This document shows, piece after piece, positions 1 to 9,794 of a stretch of 64,000 nucleotides of DNA. The DNA comes from Promethearchaeota archaeon. Its GTDB lineage: Archaea > Asgardarchaeota > Lokiarchaeia > Sigyniarchaeales > SOKP01. Positions within the stretch are counted from its first letter, which is position 1. Each line of letters opens with the position of its first letter. The DNA lies in the NCBI GenBank assembly GCA_019894975.1, contig JAGXNO010000001.1, positions 165,677-229,676 on the forward strand. The letters are read 5' to 3'. A program made the position numbers and the translations under genes. The notes beneath the pieces were generated by a model. The model was not told the DNA's origin. It ran no database searches and saw only the letters and a program-made list of their open reading frames with translations.

Positions 1-398
1 CCTATTTCTAGATTGTCAGCAGCTAGTCGAATATCACAAGCAAGTGCCAGTTCGTATCCCGCTCCTAAGCAATATCCATGTAATACAGCAACAACAGGTA
101 TTGGTATCGTTCTTATTAAATGGATTAGTTTGTGGTGCGGTAATTTAAATCTTTCATCGAGAGGGGGAAAATCATCCACCATAATTTGAAAATCATCCCC
201 AGAACAAAAACTTCTACCTGCTCCATTAAAAACAATAACCCGAATAAGTTTATCTTTCAAAATAGATTCGAAAACCTCAAGAATTTCCCTTATTGTAGGA
301 TATTGAATAGCGTTTAGTTTTTCTGGACGATTGAGGGTAATAGTACAGACTCCTGATTCTACAGAGTAAATTATATCTTTAAACTCTTTTTCTGGAAT
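1..398 (-). CDS. enoyl-CoA hydratase/isomerase (crotonase family), 3' part outside window
   Basis: Not in the ORF track. Hand translation gives IPEKEFKDIIYSVESGVCTITLNRPEKLNAI..., with crotonase motifs TLNRPEKLNA, AGRSFCSGDD and AVVHGYCLGAGYELALACD. An in-frame TAG lies at 411-413 with no ATG/GTG/TTG before the conserved region, so the start is uncertain (ATT at 398 assumed). Confidence 0.85.
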   Translation of the reverse strand, partial: MPEKEFKDIIYSVESGVCTITLNRPEKLNAIQYPTIREILEVFESILKDKLIRVIVFNGAGRSFCSGDDFQIMVDDFPPLDERFKLPHHKLIHLIRTIPIPVVAVLHGYCLGAGYELALACDIRLAADNLEI

Positions 399-481
399 AG
401 TTAATCTCTCCTAAATTTATTAGTTTAATAAAACTAATTCTTTGAATAATATTGAATTAAAGAAAAAAAAAGAAAAAGACT

Positions 482-1147
482 TTACCAAAATCCAAACTTT
501 TCATCTAATTTTGGCCCAAATACAAGGAAATATGGAACGGCAAGATCTAAAGCACCTGCATATAGATTAATTAATGGAGTAAAAATTAATACTGCGGATA
601 CACCAGTAATATCCCCTAATCCAAGAACTTCAAGATTAACATAAGGTAAATTTTCTATCCCCCAAACAGTAACAAAAAAGAGGAAATTCATACCAATCAT
701 TACCAAAATCCGGGCAATGATACTTATAATACCTGTAAGGGCAAAATTCCGAGGATTTCTTACTTTTGAGCTATTAGTTACATTTCTTTCCCATAATTTT
801 AATATTAGAAAAGGAATAACTATTAACGGAACTGTAGCACTAAATTTAAATACGGGACCAATCCATCCACTTGGATCAATAAGTAATAGACCAAAAGAAC
901 CAGTTAGACAACTAATTAATCCTGCATAAGTACCAAAAACTAAAAAACAGATTATCCAAACCCAGGATGTTGGGTCAAATAAAGCTATCCCCCAACCAGT
1001 AATTCTAGATGCGTTAATGATCGGTGAGAGCACAACTGCCATAACAGTAGATAAAGCACCAAAAATAGCACCTCCTGCAAGTTGTATTATTAAATCTGAT
1101 TTTTCTGATCTCACAACTTCTATTTCTCCAGCTTTAATTTCAGACAT
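482..1147 (-). CDS. membrane protein, probable ECF transporter S-component
   Basis: 221 aa with about 6 hydrophobic segments. The 'LFDPTS...FLVFGTYAGLIS' pattern resembles ECF S-components. Substrate unknown. Confidence 0.6.
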   Translation of the reverse strand: MSEIKAGEIEVVRSEKSDLIIQLAGGAIFGALSTVMAVVLSPIINASRITGWGIALFDPTSWVWIICFLVFGTYAGLISCLTGSFGLLLIDPSGWIGPVFKFSATVPLIVIPFLILKLWERNVTNSSKVRNPRNFALTGIISIIARILVMIGMNFLFFVTVWGIENLPYVNLEVLGLGDITGVSAVLIFTPLINLYAGALDLAVPYFLVFGPKLDEKFGFW

Positions 1148-1543
1148 GGTATACTGTTAATTATTTTGTATATTTTTAATTTGCAGAAATTAGAGATTTC
1201 TATTTAAATTTACGGGTAATGAAGATCTTTAATCTAATGAAGTTTATAACATATTTTCTTGATAATTTAGAGATTATTCGAACTTTCCTTTAATTTAACA
1301 TATTGAAATATATAAATTAGTGATAAAGTGTTAAATTAAAACCTTTTCTTATTCCAGATTTTAATATTTAATCTACCCATTTTTGGAGATAGAAACAAAA
1401 ATGAATATGGTAAGGAACGTATGAAAAAACTCTTAGCATATCCAGAAAAACATAAAATGCTTATTGACAAAGCTTATGATGAAGCTTGGCAAATTTATGT
1501 TGAACAGCTTTCTAAGTATCAAGCAAATTAAAAATTAGATAAT

Positions 1544-2905
1544 CTATTTCAACATTTTTTTTTGTTTTGCATCTAATTCCAGCCAATCACTAACATTCTT
1601 GAGTTGTTTTCTTGAAGATGTGCACAATATCTTTAAAAATGGGAGTAAATTCCGGATAAAATCTACCTGGGAGATCTCATATTTTTTCTGTAACTTCTCA
1701 ACAAAATCTTTTTGTGTACTATTTAAGGAAAAATAGCTACCCGTAGTATATCTTGGAAAAACTACCCTTCGAAACCCTTTTGCTTCTGGAGTTTCTTTCC
1801 TTGATAACGCAACCCCCCCCGCAAAGAGGTCGAAAAAGTATGGCAATAATCCCCAATATTGATTAGTTTGGATTCTACTAAATATTTCGTCTGCTAATGA
1901 GAGATTTTCAAACGCATTCGCAAGTTCCTCATTAGTTTTAATGAATGTTGGAAGGTTTTCATTGACCCATTTATACAAGAAATTATAATCAACATCAGAT
2001 TTATCCGTTAAATTTCGAGCACCTCTTAAAGAACTTACCTGAAATAAGTCTCTTATAAGGGTAAAAATTTCTTCAAAAGAATCCCTCCGTAAACTAAGAA
2101 TAAGTTCTCTAATATTACCATCCATTTTACCTTGAGTTATTCCTTGGAGATCATTAATAACTCCTCTTAAATCTCCACTATTCTTATCAATTAATAATTC
2201 TAAGTCTTCTTCTTTCAGTTGGGTTATATTTTCTTTTTTAAGGATATTCTTAGCAATTATTAATACTTCTTCTTTAGGCAAAGAATGGACTTCAAATCTA
2301 CGAATATTATTATACAAAGGTTGGAGATTTGACTTATATTCGTTTGAACACATAATAATTGGGAATTGAGTGTTCTGTACTAATTCAATAATAGTTGGAA
2401 CTGCACCTCTATCTTGAACACCGTAAATTCCATCTACTTCATCAATAAGGATGAGTTTCTCTTTGGATTCGCTAATAAAATCCATGATTCCACGTGATTT
2501 AGATGTTTCTTTTAATCTGTCTTCTAAGGCTTTTCTTGTTCTTGTATCAGACGCATTTGTTTCTACAACTTCCATGCTAAAGTCATTTGCAAGCGCAAAT
2601 ACAATTGAAGTTTTTCCGATTCCTGGAGGACCCTCTAAAAGAACAGCTGCTTTATCTGTCTCAATTTGAATATAATCCTTTTGTTCCTTTTCAATAACGG
2701 TTTTATTCTGTTCTTTTATCTTAGCATTTTCTCTATTTATTCTTTTTCTTTCAATAAAAAAATTTGTAATAAAGCTGGTTAATTCTTCAGCAAGCTTCAC
2801 TCTTTGACCATTTGCTCTTGCAGTAGGTAAAGCCATATCTTTCAAGCTTTTTGGTCGATACTTTTCCACCCATACCGTATCAGTTTTCTTAGAAATTTTA
2901 TTCAC
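1544..2905 (-). CDS. rfcL: replication factor C large subunit
   Basis: WVEKYRP, Walker A GPPGIGKTS, ETNASDTR, Walker B LILIDEVDG, GDLRGVINDLQ, WVNEN collar motif; no SRC motif. Confidence 0.93.
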   Translation of the reverse strand: MNKISKKTDTVWVEKYRPKSLKDMALPTARANGQRVKLAEELTSFITNFFIERKRINRENAKIKEQNKTVIEKEQKDYIQIETDKAAVLLEGPPGIGKTSIVFALANDFSMEVVETNASDTRTRKALEDRLKETSKSRGIMDFISESKEKLILIDEVDGIYGVQDRGAVPTIIELVQNTQFPIIMCSNEYKSNLQPLYNNIRRFEVHSLPKEEVLIIAKNILKKENITQLKEEDLELLIDKNSGDLRGVINDLQGITQGKMDGNIRELILSLRRDSFEEIFTLIRDLFQVSSLRGARNLTDKSDVDYNFLYKWVNENLPTFIKTNEELANAFENLSLADEIFSRIQTNQYWGLLPYFFDLFAGGVALSRKETPEAKGFRRVVFPRYTTGSYFSLNSTQKDFVEKLQKKYEISQVDFIRNLLPFLKILCTSSRKQLKNVSDWLELDAKQKKMLK

Positions 2906-3952
2906 CTACAGATATTGACTGTATAAACAAATTTTTGATAATAAAGCAGATATTTGTATGTCACTGTCTCGACTATTAATCGCTCTGAAATCAGCATCCG
3001 CTATTAAATTAATCATTTTACTTCTCACATGTTTACTTAGAGGCAATTTATTAATTTCCTTAAGTAAAAGATTGAATAATTCATTAGATGTATACTTATA
3101 ATTGGTTATGATTTTACGGGCTAACTCCCTTGATTTTGGAAAATCACCTTTTAGTGATATTAATAGAAGGCTCCTTATTAGGTCATTTTGAAATCTCTGA
3201 GCATTTTCATACAAAATATTTTTATCGATCTTATCTCCAGGGATACTGCTTAACTGTAAAATATCGATCGCTTGAAAGATTTTTCCCTCAGAAATTTTAA
3301 ATAATACTTCAATAGCATCAGAAGAAACCTCAATTGATTCATTTTCGGCAATATCGTTTATTAATTTACGAAAATGTTCAAATTTGACTCGAGGAATTAA
3401 AAATATTTGACACCTACTTATAATAGGGTCAATTATACTCGAAATTTTTGGAGTAATTAAAATCATTCTACAATTTGAACCATATTTTTCCATTAATCTT
3501 CTGAATCCCTGTTGGTTGTTACCTATAGCTTCAAAATTTTTCACAACTAAAATCTTAAAGGGAGCATCTCCTAACACTTTCAACTGAACAAAAGGTTTTA
3601 CCTTAACTTGGATAAATGCAGGAGTTGTGATCCTTCTTCCCGCGATACTCCCAATTTTGCTTGTCGATACGTATGCCTCCGATCTAGCTAATTTTCTTTC
3701 TTCTTCACTTAACGGAACATTTGCATAAACCAGTTTAAAGTTGGCATCAAATTCTCTACCTAAGAATTCTTTTGAAAACATTGAGGCTAGAGTTGTTTTC
3801 CCGATACCCTCAGCCCCAATTAATAATAAATGTGGAAAATTTCTTCTTGTTATAAAATTCTTTAACGCTTCTTTAATTTCATGCCGACCACAAATTTGAT
3901 CTAAACTCTTTGGATAATACTTAATTCTCCATATGGGTATTTCTTCGCTCAA
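2906..3952 (-). CDS. replication factor C small subunit 2 (divergent, Walker B degenerate)
   Basis: WRIKYYP, FPHLLLIGAEGIGKTT and IISRC (arginine finger) are present. Walker B reads ILVVKNFE and the ELNASD motif is replaced by an insertion. Abuts rfcL. Confidence 0.85.
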   Translation of the reverse strand: MSEEIPIWRIKYYPKSLDQICGRHEIKEALKNFITRRNFPHLLLIGAEGIGKTTLASMFSKEFLGREFDANFKLVYANVPLSEEERKLARSEAYVSTSKIGSIAGRRITTPAFIQVKVKPFVQLKVLGDAPFKILVVKNFEAIGNNQQGFRRLMEKYGSNCRMILITPKISSIIDPIISRCQIFLIPRVKFEHFRKLINDIAENESIEVSSDAIEVLFKISEGKIFQAIDILQLSSIPGDKIDKNILYENAQRFQNDLIRSLLLISLKGDFPKSRELARKIITNYKYTSNELFNLLLKEINKLPLSKHVRSKMINLIADADFRAINSRDSDIQISALLSKICLYSQYL

Positions 3953-3964
3953 ATTTTCAAATTC

Positions 3965-4936
3965 TCACTTTTTAATAGTATCTATAATTTGTGCTAAAAG
4001 GGCTGAAATTTGGATCTGTTCATTTGCACCTTGGCTTATCCTATAATCTATCTCTCCAATAAAAGACCTTAAAGAAGGCAGTTTATTTGGATCAATATCT
4101 ATATTTGATAATTCTTCAATTAACTGTCTAATAAAACTGCGACTGTCAAGGGTTTCTATTGAATCAAGAATTTCTTTTGATTTCGTGAAATCTTTATTCT
4201 TCAAAGCATTTACTAAATCCTCTAAAGTCTTCTCACCCAAGAATCCCGAAATCTTCAAAATCTCATTTAAATCTAAATTATCCACCAGTTCCAAAGCAAC
4301 AGCCATCTGAAGAGTATTAATAGCTTTTCTCAAATCTCCCCCTGAAATAAAAAATAATAATTCATAAAATTTCTTTGATTGGTCCTTTGGTATTTCCAAT
4401 TTTTCTTTAACAACAATATATTTCAATCTTTCTACAATCTTTTCCCTAGGTAAATTTACAAATCTAAATACAGCACATCGAGATATTATTGGATCTATAA
4501 TTCGATTTATATAATTACAGAGTAAGATGAATTTTACATTAGTTGATGCTTTTTCTATGATTCTTCTGAGTGCTTGCTGAACTTGACCGGGAATATTATC
4601 TGCCTCATCCAGAATAACAAACTTTAAGGAACCATCTTTTAAAATATTCTGACCAACAAAATTTTTTAAAACATTTCTTACAAAATCCATTCTTACAGTA
4701 TCGGAAGCGTTTACTTCTAAGAGATTAGTCCTAAGTTCCTCCTTTTTGAGAAAATTCTTTACAATTATTAAAGCAGTGCTCGTTTTTCCAGTCCCTGCTG
4801 GGCCTGTAAAAATCATATGAGGCATATCAGGATTCTTGATAAATTCCTTGATATTATTGATAGCAATATTTTGACTTATAATATCACTAAAGGTTTTTGG
4901 CCGATATTTCTCCACCCAGGGGATTTCTATACTCAT
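3965..4936 (-). CDS. rfcS: replication factor C small subunit
   Basis: PWVEKYRP, GPAGTGKTS, EVNASD, ILDEAD, QQALRR, IISRC, GDLRKAINTLQ. Confidence 0.95.
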   Translation of the reverse strand: MSIEIPWVEKYRPKTFSDIISQNIAINNIKEFIKNPDMPHMIFTGPAGTGKTSTALIIVKNFLKKEELRTNLLEVNASDTVRMDFVRNVLKNFVGQNILKDGSLKFVILDEADNIPGQVQQALRRIIEKASTNVKFILLCNYINRIIDPIISRCAVFRFVNLPREKIVERLKYIVVKEKLEIPKDQSKKFYELLFFISGGDLRKAINTLQMAVALELVDNLDLNEILKISGFLGEKTLEDLVNALKNKDFTKSKEILDSIETLDSRSFIRQLIEELSNIDIDPNKLPSLRSFIGEIDYRISQGANEQIQISALLAQIIDTIKK

Positions 4937-4959
4937 TTTTCTATGTAAAAGTTATACTT

Positions 4960-5424
4960 TTAGCTCTCGGGTCTTAAATCTAATTCTAACACTTCATAGA
5001 CTTTTTTAAATTTCATCTTTTCATACAAATTTAAGGCTTCCATAGCTTTTTCTTTTATATTCACTTTTACTTTTTCCACCTTGATTTTTTTTAGATGTTC
5101 CATAGCTTTTTCTAATAAAAGATGTCCAGTACCCCTGCTTCGATACTTTTCTTTCAAAAAAAATTGCCTAATATATCCCTCAGATGATCCTAAGGGGTCA
5201 ATGCGAAGTTCAGCTACTATCATTCCTACTACGGAATTATTATCTTCATCAATAGCTATAAGTATCCCATGACGTTGAAGAGGATCAAAAAGCCGACGTC
5301 TAATACCCCAATCAAATCGTTTAGGATCAAATTTTTGCCCTAACCCTTCTACTAACTGTTTAGTCAAATCCTGCAAATCCTCAATTTGCTCCGGATTGGC
5401 TATTTCTACGCGAATTGAACTCAT
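4960..5424 (-). CDS. GNAT family N-acetyltransferase
   Basis: Acetyl-CoA motif A 'KYRSRGTGHLLL' and 'ALNLYEKMKF'; 23 nt upstream of rfcS, likely co-transcribed. Confidence 0.85.
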   Translation of the reverse strand: MSSIRVEIANPEQIEDLQDLTKQLVEGLGQKFDPKRFDWGIRRRLFDPLQRHGILIAIDEDNNSVVGMIVAELRIDPLGSSEGYIRQFFLKEKYRSRGTGHLLLEKAMEHLKKIKVEKVKVNIKEKAMEALNLYEKMKFKKVYEVLELDLRPES

Positions 5425-5597
5425 ATTTCATCATCGTATGCTTTGTTATTACCATAATTATTGCAATTTTAAAATTTAAATTTTCTTAACTCAAATTTAA
5501 TAAAACTACAAATGAGGTGTTTATTAATACAGCTTTTAATTAAAACAATAGCATTTTAAAAAAATTAAAATAAATTTTGCGTTAGTGAAGAATACTT

Positions 5598-5885
5598 TTA
5601 AAAATGACGAGCAGACGTCCCATCCCAGACTTTTACAGTTTCATTTACCCATCCACATTTAGGACATTTGTCTGTAAGTTCCCAGCTCTCAAGAGCGGGG
5701 TGTATACGACAATATAAACCTCCACAGTTAGAACACACTAGAAATTTAGCTCCACATCCCGCACACATTTTCAACTGACCTTGCTCCACAAACGGAAAAG
5801 CTCTCCGCATCCATTCGTCATGAGCAAGAGAAAATTGGTCTTTTCCACAAACAATACAATGAACTCCATCTTCTTGAAGAGCCAT
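5598..5885 (-). CDS. small multi-CxxC zinc-binding protein
   Basis: 95 aa with CIVC, CAGC, CSNC and CPKC plus CRIH. Confidence 0.75.
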   Translation of the reverse strand: MALQEDGVHCIVCGKDQFSLAHDEWMRRAFPFVEQGQLKMCAGCGAKFLVCSNCGGLYCRIHPALESWELTDKCPKCGWVNETVKVWDGTSARHF

Positions 5886-6534
5886 ATTATCACACTATAT
5901 TTAATAATAATTGAATAAAAGTCTATATCTTTAGAATTTTATACGTTTTTTTTATAATAATAATAAAATACTGAATTAAAAATTAAACGATTTCGAAAAG
6001 GGAATTATAACGAACTTCTATAAATTCTCATTTTTTTTTAAGATATTATGTAAAATCAAGAAATGGGAAAAAAGTGGGAATATTGTGAAATGTATCAATA
6101 ACATGTTTTCCCACAATATTTTGATGTGAACTAAAATTATATTTTCATTACCCGTCAAACCGAAGATTTAAATTAATACTTTCAGTGATATAAAACATAG
6201 AATAAGTTAATCAAAAATTAAATTTTAAATTTACATTCAAATCCATTACACTCGAATTACGATATTATCTTTGAAGGGAGAGTTAAAAACGGCGTACTTA
6301 AGAGAAGTATATCTGTAGAAATCCGCGACAAAATCAATAACTTAGAAGATACTGGCTTATCTAAGGAATAATTAAGAATTATTAAATATATTAAGAAGAT
6401 CATCGAAATTATCAAACTAATATTTAAAAAAATGAATTTTATAATCTTTGGCCAAATTGGTTTAATTGTTGTTCTTTTACGCGCATTTTTTTATCAATTC
6501 TGTTTTTTAATATCCATTTCCATATTGAAAAACG

Positions 6535-6575
6535 TAGAATCGCCTCCTAGAAGTTATACTTCTAGGAGAATTCTA
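6535..6575. repeat. inverted repeat/hairpin in a long intergenic region
   Basis: CTCCTAGAAGT (6544-6554) + TAT + ACTTCTAGGAG (6558-6568) is a perfect 11-bp stem; outer arms TAGAAT/ATTCTA. Confidence 0.75.
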
Positions 6576-6870
6576 TTTTTTCCAGAGTATTCTTTATTCA
6601 ATATCTCGACAAGTGGGAATAATGTGGGTGCGAGTCACAATTTTTTAATATCTTGAAATGTAGAAAAAATCAATTTTCTTGCGATATCTTGATATGTAGG
6701 AAAAATTGGTCTTCATAGACTCTTAAAAAGAAAACTTAAATAAAGATTTTCTTGTTATTAATTACCCTAAATATAGATATATAAAAGAAGTAAAGTTAAG
6801 TAATATTTTACTTCAAAATAAAACCAAAATTTATAAAAACAAATAATTAAGCAAACCAAGTGTAAAAAAT

Positions 6871-8649
6871 ATGGAACTTGAAAAGAAAAATTTAGCTATT
6901 ATAATATTGTCAGTTGTACTTGTCGCTTCTGGAGTAGGTAATGTTATTCTCGCGATTACCAGTGGATTAATAGTTGAACCTGATCGTCGAAACACTATAA
7001 TTGTAGGCGCCGGATCAAATCTAGCAGCAATAGATCCTCTCGATACATGGGATGTTCCTTCAAACGTTGCCGAACATCAAGTTGCTGAAGGATTGGTTGA
7101 CTATGACTATACAGATCATCCTAATTATAGGATAGTACCAAAACTCGCTGAATCTTGGATATGGAATGGTCCTCAAGAAATTTCATTTAAAATAAGAGAA
7201 AATGTATATTTCCATGACGGCAATCTCCTTACTGCTAATGATGTAAAATGGAATTTTGACAGACTTATGTACTTCATCAATTGGACTGGAGATCTTGTTG
7301 CAAATGATACCTCATGGGAAGCGTTTCCATCAGCATTATACTTCTTCTCTGATGGTAGTCCAATTTTAAACAGAACTGAAGTATCAAGTGATTACAACTT
7401 TACTGTTTATTTAAACAAACCTTTTGGTGCATTTTTAGACTTGATGACATTTTCTGCGACTTATATTTTATCTCCAGCATCTACACCAAGATATAGATAT
7501 CTTGATATGACTTCTGAGAAAATAGTTGGTACTGGACCCTTTCAATTTATCCGCTTTAAATATGATGTTGATGTTAGATTTGAAAGATGGGATAGATACT
7601 GGGCAACTGGACCATGGGCAGAACTCCTAGTATTTAAAATACTTGAAGATGATACAGCAAGGATGACTGCTGGGTTGGCAGAGCAATTTGATTATATAGG
7701 AGGAGTACCAAAATCCTTTATTCCGAGTTATATCTCTGATCCAGATTTACATGTACAGGATGTTGGTGAAGATCTCTGTTATTTCTATTTAGAAATATAT
7801 TGTGGTCCTCCCGAAGGGGAATCTCCTATTGTTGGTGGACAAGTTAATCAAAAAAATCCAGCAGAATTCAGAAAGGCTCTTGCTTTAGTGATAAACTACA
7901 CCTATATTCTTGAAGAAATACAAAATGGATATGCGTTTACCGGCTGTCCAGCTGTCCCACGAGCAATGCCGGGATACAATAGTTCACTTGAAGGTAAAAT
8001 GGCAAGTGACAACCCATTTGGTGGAACATATGAGAGCAGTATCAAAAAGGCTAGAGAAATAATGATGTCCTTATATCCTACTAACACTTCAGGCCTTGAT
8101 CCAAATTATCCTGGTACTACTGAATCTGGTTGGTCGAGTTTATCAATTGATACATTAGAAGTTAATCAACATTTTGGAGATCTCACAAATCTAAGATTAA
8201 ATCAATTAATGACGGCTAACTTTGATCTAATTGGAATAGATATTGATATAACTACAAGAACCTGGGGAGAATATTTAGATACTGGTGAGCATACTCCTTG
8301 GGAAATGGATCTTGGATATATAGGTTGGTGTCCTGATTATCTTGATGCTTTTAATATGCTTGATCCACTATTCAATAATCTTTCGGGATCATGCTTTTCT
8401 CGAATCAGTGATCCTGATTTAATAACGATGTTAGAAACAGCATCAGCATTGACTAACTCCACGGAAAGACAAGAAGTTTATATGGATATTCAATCTTATA
8501 TCTATGATATCACCAGAACTACTCCCGCATCTTATACTCACATACCTGGTTGGGTGTTCTTAATACAACAAGTTCACAAAACCGATTTGAAGGGTGTTGG
8601 ATATAATGTTATGGCTATGCTAGATTGCTGGAATTGGTATAAGGAATAG
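6871..8649 (+). CDS. ABC transporter substrate-binding protein, peptide/nickel family (family 5)
   Basis: N-terminal TM anchor; PKLAESW, FKIRENVYFHDG, VGTGPF, FRKALALVIN, GWCPDYLD. Confidence 0.92.
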   Translation: MELEKKNLAIIILSVVLVASGVGNVILAITSGLIVEPDRRNTIIVGAGSNLAAIDPLDTWDVPSNVAEHQVAEGLVDYDYTDHPNYRIVPKLAESWIWNGPQEISFKIRENVYFHDGNLLTANDVKWNFDRLMYFINWTGDLVANDTSWEAFPSALYFFSDGSPILNRTEVSSDYNFTVYLNKPFGAFLDLMTFSATYILSPASTPRYRYLDMTSEKIVGTGPFQFIRFKYDVDVRFERWDRYWATGPWAELLVFKILEDDTARMTAGLAEQFDYIGGVPKSFIPSYISDPDLHVQDVGEDLCYFYLEIYCGPPEGESPIVGGQVNQKNPAEFRKALALVINYTYILEEIQNGYAFTGCPAVPRAMPGYNSSLEGKMASDNPFGGTYESSIKKAREIMMSLYPTNTSGLDPNYPGTTESGWSSLSIDTLEVNQHFGDLTNLRLNQLMTANFDLIGIDIDITTRTWGEYLDTGEHTPWEMDLGYIGWCPDYLDAFNMLDPLFNNLSGSCFSRISDPDLITMLETASALTNSTERQEVYMDIQSYIYDITRTTPASYTHIPGWVFLIQQVHKTDLKGVGYNVMAMLDCWNWYKE

Positions 8650-8742
8650 AAATCCTGAGTCTAATTAAAATAAAAATCTAAAATAAAAATTTTCTTTTTT
8701 TTTTATCTTTTAACTCTTAAATTGAAAAGAGTTTTATTTCAA

Positions 8743-9673
8743 CTAGGATTTAGTATATTCTTTTATCGCTCTTACAATATCTGCTTTTCGATAAGAAGAG
8801 AGGAATTTTATATTATTTTTCACGACAATATTGTTTTAATTGTTTTACAGTCCATGTACTATACTCTACTTGACTGTTCTCTTTTTTTGGTTTAACAACA
8901 GGTAAGTCTTCTTCTAGAATTTCTATAGCTTCAATTTCTTTATGTTTAAGATCTAAATAAATTCGGAGTTTCTGCCCATCAAGTTCAATTATTTGCTTTG
9001 GAAGATTAGAAATCAATTCCCATTCCTTTACTTCCACACTTTTATCAAAAATTTCTGCTTTCTTTGTAATTTGACCATAGAGAACATTATTTCCTATAAG
9101 TATACTCGTGCGTTTGAAATTTTCGGGGATTCTTTCTTTTAAAACTCGGTCAAGTATATTTCTTGAGCTTTGATTCTTTTTTAAATCCCGAAAAGACGGA
9201 GAAATTTCAGGTTTTTTACTCAAATCTCTAACTTTTTCTATTTTATTTTCTTCGTACTTATCTTTCCACTCAAAATTAGACGAATTATTTTTTATTTCTA
9301 AATCGTTTGGGATGTTGGAATTAACCACAAAAGGCATTTCTTTAAATCCAAAAGCACTGAGAAAATCCTCAGGTTCATCTCCTTGGTCTACTGAAATAAT
9401 TTTGCATCGATGAAAATTAGATGAAACTATCAATCTCCTTTGCAAATCTGAGGCTACTCGAGACGCTATGAATTTTTTTCTGACTGAAGATGATATCCCT
9501 TTCCAGATATAAATCCTTCTAAGCGCTTCTTTAATTATTACCACTACTTGTAGGGGATTTAATATTATATTTCCATTGTTCTGTCTGAATGCCTCTTCTG
9601 TAATATTTATTTTATCCTCCTCACCATTATCTTTAACCTCAAATAGCATAAAATCTGTATAAGTCTCTAACAT
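8743..9673 (-). CDS. gelsolin-domain protein with C-terminal SAP/HeH-like domain (frameshift near 8816-8820; track ORF ends at 8813)
   Basis: Gelsolin-type motifs RRIYIWKGISSSVRKKFIA and SVDQGDEPEDFLSAF. The ORF ends ...YSTWTVKQLKQYCREK; removing one A from the A5 run continues it as NNIKFLSSYRKADIVRAIKEYTKS to a TAG at 8743-8745. Confidence 0.75.
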
Positions 9674-9794
9674 TTTAATTCTATATGTATGTAGTTCTTT
9701 CGTGATTTAATTAAATAGAGAGAAAATAAAAGGATAGAGAGTAGTAAATTATTATAAATTAAAAAGAAGTAAAATAATAGTTAATTTTTTTTTT

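Noticed and set aside
6432-6656. 74-aa ORF
   Set aside because: Low-complexity AT-driven composition, and it overlaps the palindrome and repeat boxes.
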